NCBI GenBank assembly: GCA_902768715.1
Contig: CACXMH010000013.1
Coordinates: forward strand, 410-64,409
Source of the DNA: Fibrobacter succinogenes
Lineage (GTDB): Bacteria > Fibrobacterota > Fibrobacteria > Fibrobacterales > Fibrobacteraceae
Length of the DNA: 64,000 bases
Reading direction: 5' to 3'
The notes beneath the pieces were generated by a model. It searched no databases. It was not told the origin of the DNA and saw nothing but the letters and a program-made list of their open reading frames with translations. A program made the translations under genes and the position numbers. How positions within the stretch are numbered: the stretch's first letter is position 1; each line of letters opens with the position of its first letter. Positions 34,819 to 44,166 of the stretch are shown here, piece after piece.

Positions 34819-36963
34819 ATGAAAACAAGAATCTCACTCCGTTTTTTGATGGCAGCGTTTGTTGCCGTTGTCTTTAGTGCATGTGGCAGTTCTTCCAGCG
34901 GCCCTTCGGAAAATGCGGAAGAACAAGAAAGCAGCGCTTCCAAGGAAACGGGAACCCTTGAAGATTTAGGGAAATGCAGGGCTTCCAACGAAGGAAAGGT
35001 GAGGTTCGTTGAAGAAGAGGGCATGGAATTTATCTGTGAGGATGGGGAATGGGTTCCTGTTGAAGACGACCCTCCGCAATCAGGAGATTCGAAGAAATCG
35101 TCCTCTTCTGGAAAAAAGACCGATTCCTCTGCTTCTGAGAACCCGTCGGGTAACTCATCGGGTAGCTCGTCAGGTAGTTCATCCGATTCGGGAACGTCAT
35201 CGCCAGCATCCAGTGCTGTGGAAATTTCCAGTTCCAGCACTCCCGGAACTAACGATTCTATTCCTACGAAGCCCATATCCAAGGCGTTTTCCGGGGTCGC
35301 AGAAAAAGGTCCTTTCGTAAGCGGTTCTACCATGAAAATATGGGAAATGGATGATGAATTGAGTTTGACGGGTACAAAGTTTGAATGGGAAGTCTCCACT
35401 TCTCTGGGAGAGTATTCTTCGCCCAAGGTGAATCTGACCACCCAGTACGCTCTCTTGCAGGCTACGGGGGCGTTTTACAACGAAGTGTCAGGGACTTCGG
35501 CAACGGGTGATTTTACCTTGAAGGGCTTGGTGAATCTGGACGGTCGCGACAAGGTGAACCTGAATATCCTGTCCCATCTGTCATACAACAGGGCAATGGC
35601 CTTGTACGCCAGCGGAGACTATAAAAATGTTCCCGCTGCTAAGGCGAAGGCGGAACAAGAAGTGATGTCTGCTTTTTACATGAATTCGTCCGATTCTCCA
35701 TTGCGCCATTCTTTCGAAGATTTGAGCATTTTCGGATCGTCCGATGACGATGCGAAACTTCTGGCCATCTCCATCTTGCTTACCCGGACCCTCAATGTAA
35801 CCGGACTCACCTCCACCTTGGCTGAACTTTCGGCAGATTTCAAGGATGACGGTAAGTGGAATGGGAGTGTCTCTTCTACATCGCAGGTGACAATTGCGGA
35901 CTGGGCGTTTAACATCAGGGCCAATTTCTCCAAATATCGCACAAATCTGCAGGCGTTGAAAACCCCTGTTCCTGATTTCGAAAAGTGGATTTATCGGTTT
36001 ATTGAATCGGTTTACTCGATTCCATGTAACGAAAAACTTGATGGAAACATGGAGCAGGTAGCTGTAGTCGGAAGCCAGTTCAATGGAAAAACCCTGGTGT
36101 GCGACGGTGGAAAGCTTCGCGTCATGTCAACCCTGGATAGTCTTATCGGGTATGCGTGCACGGCAACAAGGGATGGCGCTATTAAGAGCTATACATCCTA
36201 TTCGACAGAATACACGAAGATATGCGATTCCGGTTCTTGGAGAGATATTGGCATTTATGACTATTCCAAGGAGGATTTCTTCAGCGAGACTGCCAATTAT
36301 GGCACGCTCAAGGATAGCCGCGATAACAAGACATACAAAACCATAAAAATCGGTGCCCAGACCTGGATGGCGGAAAACTTGAACTATTCCGATAGTGTGA
36401 AGACGCCGCTGTTGGCTGGTAATTCCTGGTGTTTCAATAACCGGGCAAAGAATTGCGAGATGGCTGGACGCCTCTACACCTGGACTGCAGCCATGAATCT
36501 GGCGGAATTCTACCTAGAAGAAAGTGCGGCAGATGTGATTGCTGAAAATCATCAGGGAATTTGCCCCAGTGGCTGGCACATTCCTACATCGTCGGAGTGG
36601 AACGATCTCATGGAATATGTGGAAGTTCTGGGTCTAAAAGGATATGCCGGGAGAGACTTGAAGTCGCAAACGGGATGGTCTTATTACAGTGCGGCAATAC
36701 CTACTGACGAATATGGATTTTCGGCAATTCCCACGGGAGCTTATTACGGGATGTATGCGGAAACGGGCAATACCTACAGCGCCTACACCTTTGATGACGA
36801 AGGATACTTTACCAACTTCTGGTCGGCATCGGAAGCTGCGGGAACCTACTCTGCCACAAGGGCGATTTATTGGTTCTTAGATTATCGTTATGATTATTTC
36901 AAGGAGAGCACCGACTATAACCAGAAGGGCCGCGGTTTTGCCGTGCGATGCTTGAAAAACTAG
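34819..36963 (+). CDS. Lipoprotein with a C-terminal Fibrobacter succinogenes major paralogous (FISUMP, TIGR02145-like) domain
   Basis: The ATG at 34819 is preceded by AAAGGAGAG, and the lipobox is VVFSACGSS. The C-terminus has KIGAQTWMAENLNY, GRLYTWTAA, CPSGWHIPTSSEWNDL, FWSASE, GFAVRCLKN. Confidence 0.8.
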   Translation: MKTRISLRFLMAAFVAVVFSACGSSSSGPSENAEEQESSASKETGTLEDLGKCRASNEGKVRFVEEEGMEFICEDGEWVPVEDDPPQSGDSKKSSSSGKKTDSSASENPSGNSSGSSSGSSSDSGTSSPASSAVEISSSSTPGTNDSIPTKPISKAFSGVAEKGPFVSGSTMKIWEMDDELSLTGTKFEWEVSTSLGEYSSPKVNLTTQYALLQATGAFYNEVSGTSATGDFTLKGLVNLDGRDKVNLNILSHLSYNRAMALYASGDYKNVPAAKAKAEQEVMSAFYMNSSDSPLRHSFEDLSIFGSSDDDAKLLAISILLTRTLNVTGLTSTLAELSADFKDDGKWNGSVSSTSQVTIADWAFNIRANFSKYRTNLQALKTPVPDFEKWIYRFIESVYSIPCNEKLDGNMEQVAVVGSQFNGKTLVCDGGKLRVMSTLDSLIGYACTATRDGAIKSYTSYSTEYTKICDSGSWRDIGIYDYSKEDFFSETANYGTLKDSRDNKTYKTIKIGAQTWMAENLNYSDSVKTPLLAGNSWCFNNRAKNCEMAGRLYTWTAAMNLAEFYLEESAADVIAENHQGICPSGWHIPTSSEWNDLMEYVEVLGLKGYAGRDLKSQTGWSYYSAAIPTDEYGFSAIPTGAYYGMYAETGNTYSAYTFDDEGYFTNFWSASEAAGTYSATRAIYWFLDYRYDYFKESTDYNQKGRGFAVRCLKN

Positions 36964-36985
36964 TTTGAAAAGCCGGCAATAGACC

Positions 36986-38479
36986 ATGACGGAACTGTCG
37001 TCAGCGTTGATTTATTTGGGAAGCGCCTTGATGCTTCTCAACATTGTCCGCTACATTCTGCTGGAACGGGTTGTTCTCAGGTCAAACTACTGGGACAAGG
37101 GCCGCGGTCCTCTCCACATTCCTTTGGCGCTGTTGGTCCTGTTCCTTCTGGGTTACCTTGCAGTGGGGTACGTGGGAACTCACGACAACGTGGTCCCATC
37201 CATCCTCTTTGGCGGGAGCCTTTTTGTGTTCCTGATTCTCTCCCTGATGAAGATTGTCCTTAAAAAAGTGGAAGAGGGGGAGGAACGTATCGGGGCGGTC
37301 CACAAGGACCTGAATGCGGAAAAGAAGGAACACGAGGCCAAGTCCGCATTCCTTTCTAACATCGGTCACGATATCCGCACCCCCATGAACGCGATTATGG
37401 GCTGTGTCGCCCTTTGCAAAAGGGAAGACGCCACCTTGCCCGAAATCAGGGAGAATGCGGCCAAGATAGAGCGCTCCTGCCAGCATCTGCTGTCGCTGGT
37501 GAACGACGTGCTGGAAATGAGCCGCCTGGAAAGCGGAAAAATCGAGGCGGAAGAATCCGCCCTGGACTTAAGGGAAATGGTGTCCGGCTGGCAAGAAACC
37601 TTTGCTCCCCGGATGCAGGAGAAGAACATCGACTTCACGGTGGATTGCGCCAGCATAAAAGATTCCCAGGTCATTTGTTCCCGCCAGGGCTTCAACCGGG
37701 TCGTCATGAACCTCTTGAGTAACGCCTGCAAGTTTACGCCCGATGGTGGAAAGGTTTCCTTGAAACTTTCCGAAAAGCCGTCGGAAAGGGAAGGCTTCGG
37801 CCTGTATGAATTGCGGGTGAAGGACAACGGAATCGGCATGACCGAAAGCCTTGTGAGCCGCCTGTTCGACGCCTTTGAAATGGAACGTTCCTCTTCGTTG
37901 AGCGGTGTCCAGGGCGTGGGTCTTGGAATGGCCATCACCAAGCGTATCGTGGACCAGATGGACGGAAAAATCCAGGTGCAGAGCCAGTCCGGAAAGGGGA
38001 CGGAGTTCGTGGTGACACTCCCCATGCGCCTGCAGTCGGCCATGCAAGCCCAGTGGGGTTCCGATTTGCCGAACTGTCCGGTGAATTTTGCGGGCAAGAG
38101 AATCCTTCTGGTGGAGGACATGGTTGTCAATCGGGAGGTGACCGGATTGATTCTGAAAAACATGGGCTTCGAAGTGGAATTTGCGGCGAATGGGGAAGAG
38201 GCGGTCTACAAGCTGTCCAGTGCCCATCCCGGCTACTACGACATGGTCCTGATGGATATCCAGATGCCCGTCATGGATGGTTACGAGGCCACCCGCCGGA
38301 TCCGCCGTCTCGGCAATGTGGAGCAGGCCTATGTCCCCATCGTGGCCATGACGGCCAATGCCTTTAGCGCAGATATGGAAAAGGCCATGGAGGCGGGAAT
38401 GAACGCCTACGTGGCCAAGCCTATCGATGTAGCTGTTCTTGAAAAGACCCTGGCAGGAATTTTCGGGAAGAAAACTTAG
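36986..38479 (+). CDS. Hybrid sensor histidine kinase (2 TM, HisKA, HATPase, receiver), orphan
   Basis: H-box [13 protein letters not shown]; [24 protein letters not shown]; receiver [10 protein letters not shown]...[12 protein letters not shown]...VAKP. Confidence 0.9.
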   Translation: MTELSSALIYLGSALMLLNIVRYILLERVVLRSNYWDKGRGPLHIPLALLVLFLLGYLAVGYVGTHDNVVPSILFGGSLFVFLILSLMKIVLKKVEEGEERIGAVHKDLNAEKKEHEAKSAFLSNIGHDIRTPMNAIMGCVALCKREDATLPEIRENAAKIERSCQHLLSLVNDVLEMSRLESGKIEAEESALDLREMVSGWQETFAPRMQEKNIDFTVDCASIKDSQVICSRQGFNRVVMNLLSNACKFTPDGGKVSLKLSEKPSEREGFGLYELRVKDNGIGMTESLVSRLFDAFEMERSSSLSGVQGVGLGMAITKRIVDQMDGKIQVQSQSGKGTEFVVTLPMRLQSAMQAQWGSDLPNCPVNFAGKRILLVEDMVVNREVTGLILKNMGFEVEFAANGEEAVYKLSSAHPGYYDMVLMDIQMPVMDGYEATRRIRRLGNVEQAYVPIVAMTANAFSADMEKAMEAGMNAYVAKPIDVAVLEKTLAGIFGKKT

Positions 38480-39258
38480 TCTCGCAGGAATCCCGTTAGC
38501 GGGTCGGAGGCGGAAGCCCCGCGCGTGAGCACGCGCCCAAGGCCTGCCAGGTAGGCCTTGCGACCCGCCTCTATCGCAAGCTTGAAACTTTCCGCCATGA
38601 GCGTCAGGTCGCCTGCCGTCGCGAGGGCGGTATTCGCCATGATGGCCGCCGCCCCCATCTCCATGGCGGCACAGGCTTCGGAAGGTTTCCCGATTCCCGC
38701 GTCCACGATGATGGGCAAGTCGATTTCGTCAATCAGAATCTGGATGAATTCCCGAGTGGAAAGCCCCTTGTTGGACCCGATGGGGGCGGCAAGTGGCATC
38801 ACTGCGGCGGCTCCAGCGTTCACCAGGTCCCGTGCCACGTTCAGGTCCGGGTACATGTAGGGCATCACCACGAAACCTTCCTTTGCCAAGGTCTCCGTGG
38901 CCTTTACCGTTTCGTAGTTGTCGGGCAGCAAGTACTTGGTGTCCCGCATGATTTCGATCTTCACGAAGTCGCCACAGCCCAGTTCTCTGGAAAGTCGTGC
39001 GATACGCACCGCCTCGTCGGCATTCCGCGCACCCGAGGTGTTTGGGAGCAGCGTCACACCCTTGGGAATGTAGTCCAGAATGTTCTCGTGGTCCTTGGTG
39101 TTGGCACGGCGCACAGCAAGCGTTACGATCTGTGCTCCGGCGTCACGTACCGCCGCCTCGATGAGTTTCAGCGAGTACTTGCCGGAACCAAGAATAAAAC
39201 GGGAACTGAATTCGTGTCCGCCGATAACGAGAGAATCTTTAACCTGAGAGTCTGCCAT
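38476..39258 (-). CDS. thiG: Thiazole synthase
   Basis: [19 protein letters not shown] at the N-terminus, LLPNTSG, and [13 protein letters not shown]. The start is placed at MADSQ (39258), because the upstream part of the track ORF lies in repeats. Confidence 0.9.
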   Translation of the reverse strand: MADSQVKDSLVIGGHEFSSRFILGSGKYSLKLIEAAVRDAGAQIVTLAVRRANTKDHENILDYIPKGVTLLPNTSGARNADEAVRIARLSRELGCGDFVKIEIMRDTKYLLPDNYETVKATETLAKEGFVVMPYMYPDLNVARDLVNAGAAAVMPLAAPIGSNKGLSTREFIQILIDEIDLPIIVDAGIGKPSEACAAMEMGAAAIMANTALATAGDLTLMAESFKLAIEAGRKAYLAGLGRVLTRGASASDPLTGFLRD

Positions 39259-39323
39259 AAAGCCTTCTTGTTGTGGCGGAATATAGAAAAATCCGCCCGA
39301 AATATGGACGAGGTGAAAAGGAG

Positions 39324-39343
39324 ATGCCCGCCTTCGCGGGCAT
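39324..39343. repeat. ATGCCCGC cttc GCGGGCAT hairpin repeat
   Basis: Perfect 8-bp stem. A related copy is at 18490-18511 and a half-copy at 6468-6480. Confidence 0.75.
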
Positions 39344-39368
39344 GACAAATCGAAGAAAGGACGGTCGT

Positions 39369-39461
39369 CCGTGAGCAACAAAGCCCCTGGTATTAACCAG
39401 GGGCGGTTGCGAGAGTGAGCGCAGTCCGGAGAATTTGCTCCTGACTTTGGCGCGAACGGTC
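39369..39461 (-). repeat. Conserved ~95-nt two-hairpin element immediately 3' of ilvN (copy A)
   Basis: The minus strand reads TAAgc GACCGTTCGCGCCAAAGTCAGGAGCAAATTCTCCGGACTGCGCTCACTCTCGCAACC GCCCCTGG ttaata CCAGGGGC TTTGTTGCTCAC. It matches 55852-56041. Confidence 0.85.
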
Positions 39462-39463
39462 GC

Positions 39464-39964
39464 TTAAGTTTTGTCTTCGCCGCGGAGCATGATGACCTTG
39501 CCCGTGCGGATGTATTCCACGATTTCGAATTTCTGGAGCAGACTCTTCAGGTTGTCCACCTTGTCGCTGCTTCCGGTAATCTGGATAATCATGGACTTTT
39601 CGGTCATATCTACGGTATGGGCCTTGAAGTGGTCGCAGAGCTGCAGCACTTCGGTTCTCTGGTCCGGAGTGCAGCGCACCTTGATGAGGGCCAGTTCCTT
39701 TTCCACTGCGTTGGTATCGGTGTGGTCCTTGGCCTGCACCACGTCCACCAGCTTTTCCAGCTGCTTGATAATCTGCATCAGGATTTCGGGATTGCCGTGG
39801 GCGATGATATTCATGCGGCTGAAATTCGGGTCCAAGGTGGGGGAGACCACCAGGGAATCGATGTTGTAGCCACGACGGGAGAACACTAGCGCGATACGCA
39901 CCAGCACGCCGGGGCGGTTCGCAACCAACAAACTAATAGAATGTGCCTTATCAATCATCTTCAA
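39464..39964 (-). CDS. ilvN: Acetolactate synthase small (regulatory) subunit
   Basis: 166 aa with an ACT-domain start ([31 protein letters not shown]), immediately downstream of ilvB. Confidence 0.9.
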   Translation of the reverse strand: MKMIDKAHSISLLVANRPGVLVRIALVFSRRGYNIDSLVVSPTLDPNFSRMNIIAHGNPEILMQIIKQLEKLVDVVQAKDHTDTNAVEKELALIKVRCTPDQRTEVLQLCDHFKAHTVDMTEKSMIIQITGSSDKVDNLKSLLQKFEIVEYIRTGKVIMLRGEDKT

Positions 39965-39973
39965 ATCCTCCTA

Positions 39974-41692
39974 TTAGGTCGATCCCGTGGGCTTTTCAAG
40001 CTGGGCCTTGGGCTGTTCAACAATCATGCTGGTAATGGGGGCACCGGCAGGAATCATGGGGAACACGTTGTCTTCCTTCTCGCATTCACAATGGATAAGG
40101 ATGGGGCCGTCCTTGTAGTCCAGGGCCTTCTGGATCACGCGTTCGGCATCGGCGGCGCGCTTGATACGCAGTCCTGGAATGCCGTAGGCCTCGGCGAGTT
40201 TTACGAAGTCGGGGTTGCCCTGCATGTCCACGCTAGAGTAGCGGTGCTCGTAGAAGAGTTCCTGCCACTGGCGCACCATGCCCAGGTACTTGTTGTCCAT
40301 CACGAAAATCTTGATGGGCAGCTTGTGGATAGCGGCTGTGGCCAGTTCCGCTTCGGTCATCTGGAATCCACCGTCGCCGCTGAAGCTGAGCACCGGCCAG
40401 CCGGTCTCGTTGCCGAAGGAGGCGCCGATGGCGGCGGGGAACCCAAAGCCCATAGTGCCGGCGCCGCCGCTGGAGTGCAGCTGGCGGGGGTAGTTGATGT
40501 CGAAGAACTGCGCGACCCACATCTGATGCTGGCCCACGTCGGTAGTGACGATGGCCTTGCCCTGGGTGAGCTTGCTTGCTGTGGCAATCACGTGCTGCAT
40601 GCGGAGCCCGCCCTGCTTGGGGTAGGTGAGGGGGAACTTCTTTTTCCAGCTCTGGCAAGTTTTAACCCAGTCGGCGGTGTCCAGCTTGTTTACCATGGGC
40701 AAAAGCTGTTCCAGCACGAGCTTGGCGTCGCCGCAGAGGAACACGTCGGGCTGCAGCACCTTGCCCTCTTCGGCGGGGTCGATGTCCAGGTGCATCTTGA
40801 CGGCGTCCTTGCAGAACACGTCCAGCTTGCCGGTGATACGGTCGTCCCAGCGGCTACCGATGGAGAAAATCAAATCGCAGTCCAGCACCGCCTTGTTGGC
40901 GTAAACCGTACCGTGCATGCCCAGCATGCCCAGAGAAAGCTCGTGGTCGGTGGGGAAGGCGCCGAGGCCCAGCATGGTGCAGCACACAGGGGCGTTCAGC
41001 TTTTCGGCCAGTTCGCGCACCTGGCGGCTAGCTCCAGAAATCATGGCGCCGTGGCCTACCAGCAAGAGGGGCTTCTTGGACTTTTTCAGGAATTCTGCTG
41101 CCTTCTCAACTGCCTGGATGGGGGCGTGGGTGGGAATCTTGTAACCCGGCAGGTCCATCTTGTCGGTGAAGGGGGCGGTGCAGGGGCCGGCGGTCACGTC
41201 TTTGGGCAGGTCAATCAGCACGGGGCCCGGTCGGCCGCTGCGCGCGATGTGGAAGGCTTCTTTCATAATGCGGGGAAGGTCGTTGGAATCCTTCACCAGG
41301 TAGGAATGCTTGACAGCAGCGAAAGTCATACCGCTGGTGTCGCATTCCTGGAAGGCGTCCTTGCCCAGGTTCGGCGTGGTGGTCTGGGCGGCCAGCACCA
41401 CGATGGGGCTAGAATCCATAAGGGCGGTATAAATACCCGTAAAGGTGTTGGTGGCGCCCGGACCGCTGGTCACCAGGGCAACGCCCACCTTTCCGGTCTG
41501 GCGGGCGTATCCGTCGGCCATGTGGGTGGCCCCCTGCTCGTGGCGGGTCAGCACTACCTTAATATTAGAATCGAGAATCGCGTCGAACATGGGGATTGCA
41601 GATCCGCCAGGGTACCCGAAAATGGTATCGACGCCCTCTCTTTTGAGGCACTCGATAATCACTTCGGCTCCACTTAATGTCTTGTTTGCCAT
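39974..41692 (-). CDS. ilvB: Acetolactate synthase large (catalytic) subunit, ThDP/FAD-dependent
   Basis: [23 protein letters not shown], the HEQGA motif, and the ThDP motif GDGGFQM...N. Confidence 0.92.
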   Translation of the reverse strand: MANKTLSGAEVIIECLKREGVDTIFGYPGGSAIPMFDAILDSNIKVVLTRHEQGATHMADGYARQTGKVGVALVTSGPGATNTFTGIYTALMDSSPIVVLAAQTTTPNLGKDAFQECDTSGMTFAAVKHSYLVKDSNDLPRIMKEAFHIARSGRPGPVLIDLPKDVTAGPCTAPFTDKMDLPGYKIPTHAPIQAVEKAAEFLKKSKKPLLLVGHGAMISGASRQVRELAEKLNAPVCCTMLGLGAFPTDHELSLGMLGMHGTVYANKAVLDCDLIFSIGSRWDDRITGKLDVFCKDAVKMHLDIDPAEEGKVLQPDVFLCGDAKLVLEQLLPMVNKLDTADWVKTCQSWKKKFPLTYPKQGGLRMQHVIATASKLTQGKAIVTTDVGQHQMWVAQFFDINYPRQLHSSGGAGTMGFGFPAAIGASFGNETGWPVLSFSGDGGFQMTEAELATAAIHKLPIKIFVMDNKYLGMVRQWQELFYEHRYSSVDMQGNPDFVKLAEAYGIPGLRIKRAADAERVIQKALDYKDGPILIHCECEKEDNVFPMIPAGAPITSMIVEQPKAQLEKPTGST

Positions 41693-41988
41693 AAAATACC
41701 TGAGTTAGAGTTTGAAATTTTATAAAAAGTTGACGAAAAATTAGCAGATTTTATTGGGAACGGCAAGATGTAGTTCCTGAATTTGTTGAAAATTTTTGAA
41801 TTTTTTAATAAAAAATGAATTTTTTTGAGCTTTCAATTGCTAAAAATTGTGAAAAAATGACAAAGTTGCGGAAAATTTTGGTTTTGTTGATTTGAAAAAA
41901 GCTGATTTGTTGTAAAAGTTTGATAAATGAACTATATTTTGATAGAAAAATTTTAAACTTTTGACTGAAAGATGTGAATTTTGTACTG
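41693..41988 (-). promoter_or_regulatory. Strongly AT-rich ~300-bp region upstream of ilvB with repeated TTTTTGA/TTGAAAA words
   Basis: Visibly AT-rich compared with its surroundings. It contains many copies of ttgaaa / tttttga / aaaattt. No ORF or leader peptide was recognised. Confidence 0.4.
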
Positions 41989-42137
41989 CCTCACACTTCA
42001 AAGCAAAACGACCTCAAACCACAGTTTACCTATTCCTACGGACTGGATCCTTCGTCGCTGCACTCCTCAGGATGACACTTCTTGTAACCTGCACCCCTAC
42101 AACCTACAACCTACAACCTAACCACTAGCCCCTAACC
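41989..42137 (+). repeat. ~150-nt composite intergenic element, inverted copy of 28563-28711, ending at the rnhB ATG
   Basis: The modules are a conserved flank, the hairpin GGATCCTTCGTCGCTGCACTCCTCAGGATGAC, then the heptads cctgcac ccctaca acctaca acctaca acctaac cactagc ccctaac. Confidence 0.85.
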
Positions 42138-42857
42138 ATGAAATACAAGAATCCCGACTTTATGTCAGCCGTCACCACTCCTATTGAGGGTGAAATTGCC
42201 TTCCGCAACTACGCCGAATCTACTTTTGGCCCTAATTATATTATAGTAGGTATCGACGAAGTTGGCCGCGGCCCGTTGGCGGGCCCTGTGGTGGCTTGTG
42301 CCGCCGTGCTCAAATCTGCCGATATTTTGTCCGTATTGAACGATTCGAAAAAGTTCACTCGACCCAAGCGAGAAGCTATTTACGACAAAGTAAAAGATGC
42401 CTGTGAATGCTATGCCATCGCCAGCGCCAGCGTTGAGGAAATTGACCGCCTGAACATCTTGGAAGCCGATTTCTTGGCCATGCGGCGGGCATTGCAGGCG
42501 TTGGGTATGACGGAAATCACGGAAAAACAGCCCGAACTACCCGTGGAGGTCCGGGGACATTTTAAGCCGGGTGCGACCGTTCTAGTAGCGGTGGATGGAA
42601 ATTTGAAAATTCGCGGTTTGGACCAGGAGTGCCAGTTCCCCGTGATAAAAGGGGACGGTTTGGTGGCCTCTATTTCTGCGGCATCAATCCTTGCTAAGGT
42701 CTTCCGTGATCGCTATATGGACCGCCTGGCTCAGGAATATCCGGGTTACGGCTTTGAAAAACATGCTGGCTACGGCACTAAGGCACACCTGGCCGCCATT
42801 CGCAAGCAGGGCTTTTCGCCGGTGCACCGCAAGACGTTCCATCCGAAAGGACTGTAG
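42138..42857 (+). CDS. rnhB: Ribonuclease HII
   Basis: IVGIDEVGRGPLAGPVV catalytic motif, DSKK, and a C-terminal HR.TF motif. Confidence 0.9.
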   Translation: MKYKNPDFMSAVTTPIEGEIAFRNYAESTFGPNYIIVGIDEVGRGPLAGPVVACAAVLKSADILSVLNDSKKFTRPKREAIYDKVKDACECYAIASASVEEIDRLNILEADFLAMRRALQALGMTEITEKQPELPVEVRGHFKPGATVLVAVDGNLKIRGLDQECQFPVIKGDGLVASISAASILAKVFRDRYMDRLAQEYPGYGFEKHAGYGTKAHLAAIRKQGFSPVHRKTFHPKGL

Positions 42858-42860
42858 AAA

Positions 42861-42936
42861 ATGAGTAATGAGTTGCGAGTTGTGAGTCGTGAGTAGTGGG
42901 AAATTACACCCCTCACACCCCACACTTCACATCTAG
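42861..42936. repeat. Dyad-symmetric heptad array (11 units)
   Basis: atgagta atgagtt gcgagtt gtgagtc gtgagta gtgggaa attacac ccctcac accccac acttcac atctag. The left-arm GTGAG units face right-arm CTCAC units. Confidence 0.85.
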
Positions 42937-43062
42937 AAAACGCTCTGGGAACAGAAAAATGCCCATTTTGGGGCGTTTCTTAGAAAAAACTTGCACGAAT
43001 GGGTTATTCTTTATATATTTCCCCGTGATTTTAATGCAAACTCTTTTATGAATGGAGAATCT

Positions 43063-44115
43063 ATGAAGAAACTTGCAATGGTTGTTTTCCTTGCCTCTAT
43101 GGTGGGCGGGGCTTATGCTCAGGCTCCTGCTGCACCCGCTCCCGCACCGGCTCCTGCGGCCGCACCGGCTCCTGCCGCTGCTCCTGCACCAGCCCCCGCT
43201 GCACAGCCTGCCCCTGCCGCACAACCGGTAGCCGCAGCCCCTGCTGCTGAAGCGGCTCCTGCTGCACCTGTAGCCGAAGCCCCTGCCGCAGATCCCTGCG
43301 CTGTCGATTCCCTGGGTCAGCCGATTAACGCTGACGCTTGCGCCGCCGAACAGGCTCGCCAGCAGGCGGTAGCCGATTCTATCGCTGCCGCCGAAGAAGC
43401 TGCCCGTCAGCAGGCAATTGCGGACTCCATCGCCGCCGAACAGGCTCGCCAGCAGGCTATAGCTGATTCTATCGCCGCTGCCGAAGAAGCCCGCAAGCAG
43501 GCCGAGGCCGATTCTATTGCCGCCGCTGAAGCTGCCCAGAAGGCCGAAGCCGACAAGGCTGCCGCAGCAGGTCGCCTTGCTCTTGGTATTACCGGGTCGG
43601 CGGGCTTCGGTATGTTTAATGTCAAGTACGACGACAACCACTTTAAGGACTTCCCCTTTACTTTTGGGGTGAGCGGACTTTTCACTAAGGGTATGTTCGG
43701 CGCTCGCTTGGCCGGAACCATGCAGTACAATCGCCTCTATGTGGGTGAATCCCGCAACCGTACCGTAAACGAAGGTTACTGGCGCGCTGGTGCCGGCCTC
43801 TACGGACGTTTTATGCCCAACCAGAAAGAGGACGGACTTATTGTTGAACTGGGCGTTTCCGGTGCATGGGTCACTTCCAATGACATCGTTCTGTACCCCA
43901 ATGCTTCCAAGCACGCCTCTGTGGTTTACAAGCCCCAAGCCCAATATGATGTTGAACTGGGATTCGGTTACGGGATCAATTTTGCCGGTATGGCCGGTGA
44001 ACTGGGTGCTTATGCCGCCTATGACATCCTTGAGACTATGGAATTCACCAGCGACACAGATGGCCGTGCTTGGCATGTCGGTGCTCGTGCCACATTCTGG
44101 CTTCTTAATCTTTAA
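43063..44115 (+). CDS. Secreted/outer-membrane protein with (AP)n and AEQARQQAIADSIAA repeats and a beta-barrel-like C-terminal half
   Basis: Signal peptide MKKLAMVVFLASMVGGAYAQ, an Ala/Pro-rich tract, about 4 copies of the A(E/Q)ARQQA(I/V)ADSIAA repeat, and alternating aromatic beta-strand patterns. Confidence 0.6.
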   Translation: MKKLAMVVFLASMVGGAYAQAPAAPAPAPAPAAAPAPAAAPAPAPAAQPAPAAQPVAAAPAAEAAPAAPVAEAPAADPCAVDSLGQPINADACAAEQARQQAVADSIAAAEEAARQQAIADSIAAEQARQQAIADSIAAAEEARKQAEADSIAAAEAAQKAEADKAAAAGRLALGITGSAGFGMFNVKYDDNHFKDFPFTFGVSGLFTKGMFGARLAGTMQYNRLYVGESRNRTVNEGYWRAGAGLYGRFMPNQKEDGLIVELGVSGAWVTSNDIVLYPNASKHASVVYKPQAQYDVELGFGYGINFAGMAGELGAYAAYDILETMEFTSDTDGRAWHVGARATFWLLNL

Positions 44116-44166
44116 CAGACAAGTTTATTTACAAAAAAACATAAAATACAATCACAAGGAGAATGT

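Noticed and set aside
38476-38479. Convergent 4-nt overlap of the hybrid kinase stop (TAG) and the thiG stop (TAA) as TTAG, with no terminator between the genes.
   Set aside because: The overlap is real in the sequence. It is a common consequence of tight packing and carries no clear functional implication, so it is not reported as a finding.
39243-39460. TPP riboswitch upstream of thiG (and upstream of thiL, 58401-58521).
   Set aside because: I looked on the correct strand for the conserved CUGAGA ... ACCUGAUCUGGAUAAUGCCAGCG core and did not find it. The only cctgagag (39243-39250) is on the wrong strand, inside the thiG coding sequence. The upstream space is occupied by the 95-nt element and a hairpin repeat.
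41693-41988. Leader-peptide attenuator or T-box upstream of ilvB.
   Set aside because: The minus strand has no short ORF rich in Val/Leu/Ile codons, and I could not recognise any specifier or T-box sequence.
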